Virus record (IMG/VR): IMGVR_UViG_2061766007_000995
DNA length: 20,000 nucleotides
Reading direction: 5' to 3' (one strand)
DNA from: an uncultured virus (IMG/VR IMGVR_UViG_2061766007_000995)
Taxonomy: Duplodnaviria > Heunggongvirae > Uroviricota > Caudoviricetes
The translations under genes were made by a program, and so were the position numbers. The notes under the pieces were generated by a model that worked only from the letters and a program-made list of their open reading frames with translations, was not told the origin of the DNA and ran no database searches. Positions 1 through 8,942 of the stretch are shown piece after piece. Numbering within the stretch: the first letter of the stretch is position 1; every line of letters begins with the position of its first letter.

Positions 1-429
1 TGTAACGTCTGCAATAATTCCTCCACCACTGTCGCATAGAGGAACAATGTCTGATGGCTGCAGCTTGGAAAAGTCGACATCTATCTTTCCACTTGTGGGA
101 TCTATGGAAATGGCGCTGTTTGGTTCAACAATTGCACCTGCAATTTCCTTTACCTTGCTGTTTGGAATGTTGGAAAAATTAACATATCCTTTTTTTGTTG
201 CATCATTCCATCCAAGACCACCTTCGCTGGAAGTAAAGGCATTCTGAAGTTTATTGTCTGATCTTATTTCAGCTTCTTCTATTGCATTTGCAATTGCGTA
301 GTTTGCTACTGGCTGCACCGAAGATCTAGTTATCCAGTCTACTTCCTGATCACATAGAATTTCTGGATACACTTCCATGAGATTTCCATAACGATCTCTG
401 GAAATAAGTTTTCCACATTTGACTTCCAT
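1..429 (-). CDS. Putative tail/fibre-associated structural protein, 3' end runs off the window (MEVKCGKLISRDRYGNLMEVYPEILCDQEVDW...)
   Basis: Not in the ORF track. ATG at 429-427 with GGAGGAGG Shine-Dalgarno in the end of the upstream gene, open for 143 codons to the window edge, co-oriented in the tail module. The product is inferred from context only. Confidence 0.6.
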   Translation of the reverse strand, partial: MEVKCGKLISRDRYGNLMEVYPEILCDQEVDWITRSSVQPVANYAIANAIEEAEIRSDNKLQNAFTSSEGGLGWNDATKKGYVNFSNIPNSKVKEIAGAIVEPNSAISIDPTSGKIDVDFSKLQPSDIVPLCDSGGGIIADVT

Positions 430-431
430 TG

Positions 432-2253
432 CTAGTTTCCTCCTCCATTCTGAGGATCATTCGAATTTTGTGGTTCAGTCGGACTTGATTGATTTTCTAA
501 ATCGCGTTGAACCCAGTCAAATTCTAGATCAGGATTTTCTCCTTCAAACGGGAATATTGTTTGGAGCTTTGTCATTAACGCATTCTTGAAAGATTCTATG
601 GAGTCATTGACAAATTTTGTTGTTGCAATCATGGAAGAAGCGTCTCCAAGGATTGGAGTTGGAGCAAACGTTTTAGCTTTTCCAAGAGAATCAACCGATA
701 TTCCCATTGACGTTGATATGGTTTCCATTTGTGGTCCAGCACCATAAACCTGCATAACTATTGAAGATTCTCCAGAAGATTCGACTCTATGCTTAATTGA
801 AGCCATTCCAGTTCCGAATCTGTCATTAATTGAAATTCCCGATTCCACTCTTCCAGCTGGAGGAATGCCCTTCTCAATACGATCCTCAATCAACTGAAGA
901 TTTGGTTCTGCATTTGAAATTGACAAATCAGCAAGAAAAGTCTTTTGTCCATCAACGCTCTGATCTTCATGAAGAGATACAGTAGTTCCCTTCACAAATT
1001 CAGTTGAAGCGACAGTTCCATCATTTGCTTCCGGATCTTGAGTTGGAACCAGTGGAGAAACAAGAAATGTCTTTAATCCAGTAACATCTTCATCTTCATC
1101 AACCGACATTGCAACCTGTCTTACAAATTCAGTGGTTGCAATCCGATTTGAGGAATCTTCCGCTGGTGGAGTTGCCGCATAGGCAGCACCATATATTCTT
1201 GTGGAACCATCTTGAAGAAATTCAGCCGCTTTTATGAAGTTTGAACCGCCATTCTCGCATCCAACATAAAAGGAAATCTTCGTGTCGGAAGACACAATTA
1301 CAGATTCATCGTTGGCAAAGTCTATTCCAGAATAGTTGAACGCTCGTGGAAGCTCAAGAAATGATTCGCCAGAACCAATCCAGGTGCATCCAGTATTTGA
1401 ACCAATCATTAATGCTCCACTATAGGGAGTATCTGTTTCCGAGCCAGCAACTACATTGACTGGTCTAAGAGAATATGTCATTCCATTGGCCTGAAATGAC
1501 AGATTCATTACAGGCAAAACCTGATTTTCTGAAAGATTTGTCTCAGTCAGATTGATATTGACTGGAGTTTTGAATGTCTTTTCACCAAGAACGTCTTCTG
1601 GTCCTTCAACGTGAAGAAATCCCTGAACTTCATCCTGAATTATGTTCTCTATTGTTGAACGCTGAAGCAGAAGTTTTCCCTCTTGATCCAGCTCTAGAAT
1701 TGATGATGGTTTTTCACTCAATGCCAGTTCTGGAGACACAACGCTTGAAACNNNNNNNNNNCTTTCCTTCCTGATCCAGCTCTAGAATGGATGATGGTTT
1801 TTCACTCAATGCCAGTTCTGGAGACACAACGCTTGAAACGTTTATGTTTCTTCCAAAGGAAAACTGCTTTGGATAGACAACAACTCCAAGAATTGAACCA
1901 GCTTCAATGCTTGTTAAAAACTTGATTTGATTTGAGATTTCGCCAGCTTCACCAATTTCTTCATAGTCTATTCCTGGATACATGATGTATCCTGATACCG
2001 TCACGCGAAGCTGTCCCGTTCCAACTCCATAAGAAAGTGGAAGAGTATATATAGTTTCTGGATCAATTTCAGTCTGAAGCGTCTTGACTTCAATAGCAGG
2101 ATTCGCACTGTATTCCTGCTCATAGTCATGAACGTTTGTATTTGAGGATATTACGAGGCTTACCAGCTTTCGCAGTATCAGCTTTGTGTAGAGTTCCAGA
2201 CCGTCTTCATTAAGGTATGGAACTGCAAGATACACTTCATTTTCATCTGGCAT
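432..2253 (-). CDS. Tail fibre protein, about 577 aa after removing the 88-nt assembly duplication at the 1752-1761 gap
   Basis: Joins ORFs 1714..2268 and 432..1739, which share SPELALSEKPSSILELDQEGK; the merged length stays in frame. Fibre repeats IATTEFV/VASTEFV/IATTKFV and GxKTF motifs; N-terminal LxVxxxG...GxDYxExG domain common in phage tail proteins. ATG 2253 is preferred over TTG 2268 because it lies 20 nt after the TAAATAT motif. Confidence 0.75.
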
Positions 2254-2273
2254 TGCTGACAAAACCAATCTTG

Positions 2274-2281
2274 ATATTTAC
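2274..2281 (-). promoter_or_regulatory. Putative late promoter GTAAATAT
   Basis: Resembles the T4 late consensus TATAAATA; the same motif and spacing recur before three other structural genes. Confidence 0.6.
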
Positions 2282-2285
2282 GTTG

Positions 2286-2322
2286 AATAAAAGAAAAGGA
2301 GTCTGAATATATTCAGACTCCT
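2286..2322 (-). terminator. Rho-independent terminator after the coiled-coil fibre gene
   Basis: Perfect 26-bp palindrome AGGAGTCTGAATATATTCAGACTCCT (2297-2322) followed on the minus strand by TTTCTTTTATT. Confidence 0.75.
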
Positions 2323-2346
2323 ATACAAATCTATTTTAAAATGTGA

Positions 2347-3858
2347 CTATGGCTGAGGATTAATGGCTGGAGCTTCTGCATCTCCACATTCAAACACAAG
2401 AACTTCACTGTTGAGGAAGCCATTTTCTTCCGAAGTTGAATTGGAAAGCACCTCATTGAGAGTCATTGCACTTGTGGAAGCGTCAAGAGCATCAATCTGC
2501 TGCTGCAGAGCCACAAGGGAAGCTTCATGGGCGGCATCGGCCTGCTCGGATTCCTGCTTCAGGGCTACAATGCTTGAAGCAATTTCATTTTCAAGTTCAG
2601 CATGTTTTTCTTCAGCTTCACTCTTGAAGTTGCTGATTTCGTTTTGAAGAACAGCAAGTGCCGCATCATGTGCGCGATCTGCATCTGCACGAGCTTGAGC
2701 CTCATCTTGAAGAGCAGATTCAAGGGTTTCTGTACGGGTAATGAGACCGATCTTTGCCGGATCAGCATTTTCATCGCCATAAACTTCCTTTTCAAGAGCG
2801 AGGCCGCGGCTGCCAGCGAAAGCTGTAGAAGACGTTTCTCCGAGGGCAAGATCGGAAGCAACTACAACGAATTGACTGCCAGACCAGCGATAGGTCTTGT
2901 TTGTCATTACGTCTACATAAATTGTAGACGTGTTTGGAGCAATCCACTGTTCTGCTGGCTTTTGCGGGAACTTGTAGGTGATGTTGTTTTCAGTATGAGG
3001 AAGGCTGCCAAGATCTTCATCCGCTGATGGCTTCTGGGCGGCCACAAACTTCATTTGACGTTCTGCATTGACTTCAGGATCAAAAGAAGCAAAGAAGCCA
3101 ACAACGCTGTCGCCACTGTGAGTTAATCTATATGTTGTTTCATTGCTGTCGGTTCCAAGACAGACAATACCTTCAACAACATCATCAACGAAAGAAGGAA
3201 GAGCGGAAGCGGTAATCTTGCCGAGTCCGCTATCATAGATTTCGCTTGGAAGTGCGGACGTCTTTATTTTTGTGGAATCTGTTTCATTCAGAATTGCATC
3301 AAGATCCGCGCGGTTTGTTCCAATGTGTTCTGCATTTTCAGACACATCGCTTCTAATTTGATCAAGTTCCGCAGAAAAGTCGCCAGAAAGAGCATTTTGG
3401 AGTGCAATAAGCGCAGCATCATGTGCGGCATCCTTTGCGTCAACGTCATTCTTGAGGGCTACAAGGGCTGCATCCTTTGCATCCATCTCGTTCTTGAGGG
3501 CTACAAGGGCTGCATTCAGACTTGCAATGTCTTCTGCGTTGGTAAGATCCGTCCACTTCTTTCCATTCTGTTCATCTGGAACAAGACAGTAGAGCTTTTC
3601 GCCAGCAATTGCAAGATTGCCAACTTCTCCATCGGCGGCTGCAGGAAGTTCAGTAACTTCCTGGATTTTGGCTCCAACTCCATCAACAGCGAATGGAAGT
3701 TCATTCCAAGACTTGTCTCCGGTACCAATTTTAATACGGTTAAGTTCGTCAATTGCAAGCTCGCCCTTGAGAAGTTTCAGTTCGGAACGTTCCCAATTTT
3801 CAACGAGATCCCATTTTTGAGCAATTCTAGTTCTAAGTTTCTTGTCAAGGTTTGCCAT
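2347..3858 (-). CDS. Coiled-coil fibre/whisker-like protein with an Mtd/hyaluronidase-type N-terminal domain
   Basis: N-terminus W...LLKGELAI...IKIGTGDKSWNELPF matches the N-terminal module common in phage fibres; LPSFVDDVVEG and IYVDxxTNKTYRWSGSQF modules; long heptad runs (DAAHDAALIALQ). Confidence 0.7.
   Translation of the reverse strand: MANLDKKLRTRIAQKWDLVENWERSELKLLKGELAIDELNRIKIGTGDKSWNELPFAVDGVGAKIQEVTELPAAADGEVGNLAIAGEKLYCLVPDEQNGKKWTDLTNAEDIASLNAALVALKNEMDAKDAALVALKNDVDAKDAAHDAALIALQNALSGDFSAELDQIRSDVSENAEHIGTNRADLDAILNETDSTKIKTSALPSEIYDSGLGKITASALPSFVDDVVEGIVCLGTDSNETTYRLTHSGDSVVGFFASFDPEVNAERQMKFVAAQKPSADEDLGSLPHTENNITYKFPQKPAEQWIAPNTSTIYVDVMTNKTYRWSGSQFVVVASDLALGETSSTAFAGSRGLALEKEVYGDENADPAKIGLITRTETLESALQDEAQARADADRAHDAALAVLQNEISNFKSEAEEKHAELENEIASSIVALKQESEQADAAHEASLVALQQQIDALDASTSAMTLNEVLSNSTSEENGFLNSEVLVFECGDAEAPAINPQP
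3428..3515. repeat. 42-bp intragenic tandem repeat, 2 copies (14 aa = two heptads)
   Basis: gcatcctttgcgtcaacgtcattcttgagggctacaagggct then gcatcctttgcatccatctcgttcttgagggctacaagggct; encodes AALVALKNEMDAKD / AALVALKNDVDAKD. Confidence 0.9.
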
Positions 3859-3896
3859 TTTAACACCTTCTAATAAATGGATTTTTTATAGCGCCA

Positions 3897-4595
3897 CTAC
3901 CCGTGGCAGTGGCAGTTGCAGTTGCAGTTGCATCCAGATGACTGTTGTTCGGGTTGCGTCTGCGGAATTGAATAATCTGAAGCTCCACCACAATCTATGA
4001 AATCGTATGGAGTTTCGAATCTAGCATAAGAGTCTCCAGTCCACCTGAAGCATTCATTTGTAGACGTATCTATGTACAGATTCTTTGCATTTCCAATGAC
4101 TGGAAAGCAAAGATAGCTGTCAAATGGAAGTATTTCAGGAACAATTTCTCTTGTTAGGACTTCATATCCAGTATTGATGTCTCCTATCCACCAGAATCCA
4201 TCCTGCACTCGTGGAGTTTCTCCATCTCTTCCAATGGCTGAAACTCCTGTATCTTCTCCATTGATAAACCAGTGATAGGTTTCGTTGTCTATGTATGGAG
4301 TATATCCGTCATTTCCAGGAATGCCTTGAAGTCCTGTAGCCAGAACTCCAGTGCTTTCTCCATCAATGCACCAGTATCCTTCAGCATTGATATATGGAGT
4401 ATGACCTGGAAGTCCAAGAGCCTGAACTCCAGTGTCTATGACTCCAAGCATCCAGTGTCCATTTTCTGGATTGATTGTTGGAGTAATTCCATCTTTTCCT
4501 GGAGGTCCTTGAATGCCTTCCCTGTTGACAATCTTTACAACTCTATGCTTTACGCAGTGAGTTGAAGAATTTTTTGTAATGTCTATGTAGTTCAT
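3897..4595 (-). CDS. Structural protein with short collagen-like GXY stretches and GxTPxI...WxIxxxxTG repeats
   Basis: GIQGPPGKDG; four repeats (GITPTINPENGHWMLGVIDTG, GHTPYINAEGYWCIDGESTG, GYTPYIDNETYHWFINGEDTG, GETPRVQDGFWWIGDINTG); C-terminal LYIDTSTNECFRWTGDSY module and Cys/His tail. Confidence 0.7.
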   Translation of the reverse strand: MNYIDITKNSSTHCVKHRVVKIVNREGIQGPPGKDGITPTINPENGHWMLGVIDTGVQALGLPGHTPYINAEGYWCIDGESTGVLATGLQGIPGNDGYTPYIDNETYHWFINGEDTGVSAIGRDGETPRVQDGFWWIGDINTGYEVLTREIVPEILPFDSYLCFPVIGNAKNLYIDTSTNECFRWTGDSYARFETPYDFIDCGGASDYSIPQTQPEQQSSGCNCNCNCHCHG

Positions 4596-4598
4596 GAA

Positions 4599-5099
4599 TT
4601 AATGGCTCCTGCATCCAGCCGAGGAAGCAACGTCAATGACTCCTTCCAGAATGCGATAGACTTCATTTCCTGGAGAGACAAGGTCAAGCTGGTAGGAATA
4701 CCGCTCAACGCATCCAAGTTCATTGCTGGACGTCCATATTTTACTTGTTTCGTATGGAGACATATGAATTTTCATCATTCCTTCTCTACAGCAGGAAATT
4801 GAAACGTTCAGCGTAAAAGTTTGTCCGGTTGAGCATTCTGCCTTCATTCTTGCGGAATATCCAGTCAAGTTCATTGGAACCCTGTCACAGTCCTTGTATT
4901 CCAGATCAAGGTCTAATGTTGCTCCCTTGTTGATGGAAAAGTCATATCTTGCCGCCTGGGATGAATCTTGATACAGGACGTCCATGTCTCTGCAGCAATC
5001 ATATTTGTATCTCATTGCAACACCTTTGTTGATGTTCAGTATGTTCGTCGTTTTGGGAAGATAGCCCTGCCCAGTTACGACCACTCTTGAAGCGTTCAT
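4599..5099 (-). CDS. Putative Ig-like tail/baseplate adaptor protein
   Basis: IxKGATLxLxLxYKD...PMNLTGYSARM...YxYQLDLV...VYRILEG pattern typical of small phage proteins upstream of fibre genes; start overlaps the gp15 stop (ATGA). Confidence 0.55.
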   Translation of the reverse strand: MNASRVVVTGQGYLPKTTNILNINKGVAMRYKYDCCRDMDVLYQDSSQAARYDFSINKGATLDLDLEYKDCDRVPMNLTGYSARMKAECSTGQTFTLNVSISCCREGMMKIHMSPYETSKIWTSSNELGCVERYSYQLDLVSPGNEVYRILEGVIDVASSAGCRSH

Positions 5100-5875
5100 G
5101 ACAGCTCCGTTTCCGATGTTTCGAATCCATGAATCCTTCCATGAAGTCCTTCTGAATCAATGCTTCTATTCACGGCAACTCCTGGTCTTCCAAGATTGAC
5201 TTCAATTGTATCCATAATGGCATCCTGCACTACAGACATTTCAGCAGTCTTTGGAGGAAGAACGTTTGCATATACAGTAAACGACAAGTCCCAGTTTATA
5301 ATGCGATTTTCAAGCATTGTCTGGTAGCTGTCGCCTTTTGACACCGAACCAAGAACTATTTTTACGTCATTTATCAAATTAATCTTGAAAGATTCCTTCA
5401 TTTTAATGGAAATTTCTGGAGCAAACATAGGAAGAATCTGATCCAGAATCTGTATTGAGTCATCCATGTTCTTGGCCCACAGCGTAAGAGTGAATTCAAA
5501 ACTGTAGGCCACAGGACTTTTTGACTTGACAACAGTTCCACTAGAAGATATTGTTCTTCCATATACAGGAAGATTGACGTTCATTCCACGTTCTGGACTT
5601 GCTTGAAGACTTGTCATTTCAAATGACAATCTAGGAAGCTTGACATTGACCTCAGATGCGGCATCTGGCGCCCGCATGCTTTCATCTATCCACAGGGAGT
5701 AGGCCTCTTTTGCTGAATAGGCGATTGGAACAAGCGTGGAAGAGCTTTCATCAATGCTTCCATCTTTTTTGTACTTTCGTACATGAAGATTGGAAAACAC
5801 TGATCCAAAGACAACAGATACGTTCCGAATCGCGGAACGGGAGTATATGTCTTTTGAGGTCAGCCTTCCTGCCAT
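5096..5875 (-). CDS. gp15: T4-like tail sheath stabiliser/tail completion protein
   Basis: VFGSVFSNLHV, VPIAYSAKE, KLPRLSFEMTSL, PVAYSFEFTL, QILDQILPMFAPE match the gp15 family. ATG 5875 is preferred because ATG 5896 lies inside the TAAATAT motif. Confidence 0.88.
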   Translation of the reverse strand: MAGRLTSKDIYSRSAIRNVSVVFGSVFSNLHVRKYKKDGSIDESSSTLVPIAYSAKEAYSLWIDESMRAPDAASEVNVKLPRLSFEMTSLQASPERGMNVNLPVYGRTISSSGTVVKSKSPVAYSFEFTLTLWAKNMDDSIQILDQILPMFAPEISIKMKESFKINLINDVKIVLGSVSKGDSYQTMLENRIINWDLSFTVYANVLPPKTAEMSVVQDAIMDTIEVNLGRPGVAVNRSIDSEGLHGRIHGFETSETELS

Positions 5876-5894
5876 GCCACACCGAAGTCTTTTC

Positions 5895-5902
5895 ATATTT
5901 AA
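5895..5902 (-). promoter_or_regulatory. Putative late promoter TTAAATAT for the tail module
   Basis: TAAATAT 19 nt upstream of the gp15 ATG at 5875. Confidence 0.6.
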
Positions 5903-5904
5903 GC

Positions 5905-5933
5905 TTGACGTTCGCTTGGAAATGCAGTATAAA
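5905..5933 (+). promoter_or_regulatory. Sigma70-type early promoter for the replication operon
   Basis: TTGACG (5905-5910), 17-nt spacer, TATAAA (5928-5933); GGGAGG Shine-Dalgarno at 5953-5958 before ATG 5963. Confidence 0.8.
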
Positions 5934-5962
5934 CATTTTTGCCTGAATAGTAGGGAGGCATC

Positions 5963-7766
5963 ATGGGTAGACAGTATGTAAACGTAGACCGTCTTGGCGG
6001 ATACATTGTTGCCAGAGAGCTTGTGGATGGAAAGGAATGTCTAAAAAAAGAGAAAATTCATCCAGTTGTCTATAAAACCACTTCTAGAAAAACAGAATGG
6101 TTAAGCTTTAGAGGAGACTGTCATGTTGATGAACACTGGTTTGACTCCACTGGAGACTTGAATCGTTTTTTAGAAGAGAACAAGGAATGGGAAGATGAGA
6201 TATATGGATGCAACGATCTAGTCATTCAGTACATCTGGAATGAGAACTATGATGAAAAGGATACATCAAAACTAAAGATTTCCTTTCTTGACATTGAGGT
6301 ATGCACTCGTCAAAAAGTTGGAGACGAATGGGTTGATGGTGGCTTTCCTGAAGCGAAGGATGCAAGATTTCCAATAAATGCCATATGCGACTACAGGTCT
6401 GACGACAAGACATACCATGTCTTCACAACGGCTTCTGGATGGACAAAGAAAGATTCCCAATTGAAGTATGCCGAAGAGGTAGAATACGTCTATTGCAAAA
6501 ATGAAGTTGAACTTCTAAGAAAATGGCTNNNNNNNNNNCGAAGCGAAGGATGCAAGATTTCCAATAAATGCCATATGTGACTATAGGTCTGACGACAAGA
6601 CATACCATGTCTTCACAACGGCTCCTGGATGGACAAAGAAAGATTCCCAATTGAAGTATGCCGAAGAAGTAGAATACGTCTATTGCAAAAATGAAGTTGA
6701 ACTTCTAAGAAAATGGCTTAGTTTTTGGATGGCCAATTATCCACATATTGTCACTGGCTGGAACGTCAAGCTGTTTGACATTCCATACATTGTCAATAGA
6801 CTAAACAATCTGTTTGGCGAGAAGGCGGCAAAGAATGCCCTGTCTCCATGGAAGGCCATCAACGCAAGAGTCGAAAAGACTACATTTGGCGGAAGCATCG
6901 GCTATTATGACATAGTTGGAATATCAATTCTTGACTATCTGGATCTTTACAAGAAATACAGGTTTGTTCCAAGAGAAAAATATACGCTGGACTACATCTC
7001 CAGATGCGAAAATCCAGAAGACGTGAAGCTTCGCTTTGAAGGAACGCACGGCTCTCTCTATTATGATGATCCAAAGTTCTTTGTAGACTACAACATTCAG
7101 GACGTCCGATGCGTGGTATGCTTTGAAAGGGACCTGCAGTTCATTTCCCTTGCCGCGTATCTGTCCTATTTCTCTGGAATCAACTTTGAAGATTCCTTTT
7201 CTCCAGTGAAAGTGTGGGAAACTTTAATTTACAGGCATGGAATGGAAAACCACAAGGTTGTTCCCTGGAAGTTCAAGGACAGAGAAATACACAAGGAGCA
7301 TTATGAAGGAGCCTATGTTCATTCTCCAGTTCCTGGACTGAAGAAATGCATTGCTTCGTTTGACTTTACTTCCCTGTATCCCTCAATAATGCGTCTCTGG
7401 AATACTGGAGATGACGTCCACAAGAAGGGAGAGGAAAGAACCAAACTGAAAAGTGAATTGATGGAAATTCTTCAAACTTCATCGGAATGCAGGCCGATGT
7501 TTGAAGAAATATCCAAAACTGGCATATTCAATGAGTTCTATATCAACAATGACATGCCAGAAACTGTAGTCAAGTGGCTGAAGAAAAAGGGAGTTTCGCT
7601 TTCAACCAACTGCGAATTCTTTGACGTGACTAGAAAGTCCATCATTATAGAACTAATTTCAACGCTGTTCAAGGAAAGAAAGGCCGACAAGAAGGAAGCC
7701 TTCAAGTACAAGCATCTGGCGCAGGATGCAAAGGATGAACTGGCCAAAAGGGGAATCATGATATGA
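5963..7766 (+). CDS. gp43: Family B DNA polymerase, N-terminal subunit only (gp43A-like; about 537 aa after removing the 190-nt duplication at the gap near 6529-6538)
   Basis: ExoI FLDIEV, ExoII VTGWNVKLFDIPYIVNR, ExoIII YNIQDV, YEGAYV, motif A SFDFTSLYPSIM, first fingers helix LFKERKADKK, then TGA. No motif B (KxxxNSxYG) or motif C (YxDTDS). Confidence 0.9.
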
Positions 7767-8741
7767 AGATATTGATTCTTGGAGATCTCCATATTGGAGT
7801 GAGAAACTCCAATCCAGTCCTGTTCAAAATGATGAAGGACTTCTTTTTCAATATGCTTTTTCCCTACATAAAGGAAAATGGAATAAAACATGTTCTTCAG
7901 CTTGGGGATGTTCACGACAGAAGAAAGTCAATTGACTTCATGGTTGCCGACTGGATAACGAACCANNNNNNNNNNAATGTTTGAAGAAATATCCAAAACT
8001 GGCATATTCAATGAGTTCTATATTAANNNNNNNNNNNNNNNNNNNNNNNNNNNNNNNNNNNNNNNNNNNNNNNNNNNNNNNNNNNNNNNNNNNNNNNNNN
8101 NNNNNNNNNNNNNNNNNNNNNNNNNNNNNNNNNNNNNNNNNNNNNNNNNNNNNNNNNNNNNNNNNNNNNNNNNNNNNNNNNNNNNNNNNNNNNNNCGATA
8201 TGAAGATACTGATCCTTGGAGATCTTCACATAGGAGTGAGAAACTCCAATCCAGTCCTTTTTAGGATGATGAAGGACTTCTTTTTCAATATGCTTTTTCC
8301 CTACATAAAGGAAAATGGAATAAGGCATGTTCTCCAGCTTGGGGACGTCCATGACAGAAGAAAGTCAATTGACTTCATGGTTGCCGACTGGATAACGAAC
8401 CACTTTTTCAAATGGTTTGAAGAGAATGAAGTGGACTTCATATCGCTTGTTGGCAATCATGACTCCTACTACAAGAACACAATATCCATTGACGGAATGT
8501 CTCAATTGTCCGACAGGCTGAAACATGTTCAGATAGTCAAGGAACCAACTTCATTTGATTTTGATGAACAGAAGTTTTTAATGATTCCCTGGGTATGTGA
8601 TGAGAACAGGGAAGCCTGCGCCAAGGCCGTTGCCGAGAATGCAGATTCAGAGACGTTCCTGCTTGGACATTTTGAACTTTCTGGCTTTGAGATGGTGAGA
8701 GGGTTCAAGTCCGAAACAGACTGCATTAACAGGGAAGACGT
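7763..8741 (+). CDS. gp47: T4-like recombination endonuclease subunit (Mre11/SbcD-like metallophosphoesterase). Two allelic starts (7763-7965 and 8200-8741); C-terminus lost in the 8742-8942 gap
   Basis: GDLHIG, LGDVHDRRK, VGNHD, MIPW, LGHFELSGF motifs; ATGA overlap with the polymerase stop. Confidence 0.9.
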
Positions 8742-8942
8742 NNNNNNNNNNNNNNNNNNNNNNNNNNNNNNNNNNNNNNNNNNNNNNNNNNNNNNNNNNN
8801 NNNNNNNNNNNNNNNNNNNNNNNNNNNNNNNNNNNNNNNNNNNNNNNNNNNNNNNNNNNNNNNNNNNNNNNNNNNNNNNNNNNNNNNNNNNNNNNNNNNN
8901 NNNNNNNNNNNNNNNNNNNNNNNNNNNNNNNNNNNNNNNNNN

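Noticed and set aside
2363..3873. Antisense and alternate-frame ORFs over the fibre gene, and similar short ORFs elsewhere
   Set aside because: They are shadows of well-supported genes, with no RBS or recognisable motifs.
7764..7775. Stop-codon recoding or read-through extending the polymerase
   Set aside because: A second in-frame TGA follows within three codons, the downstream sequence is gp47, and TAA, TAG and TGA all end conserved genes in this window.
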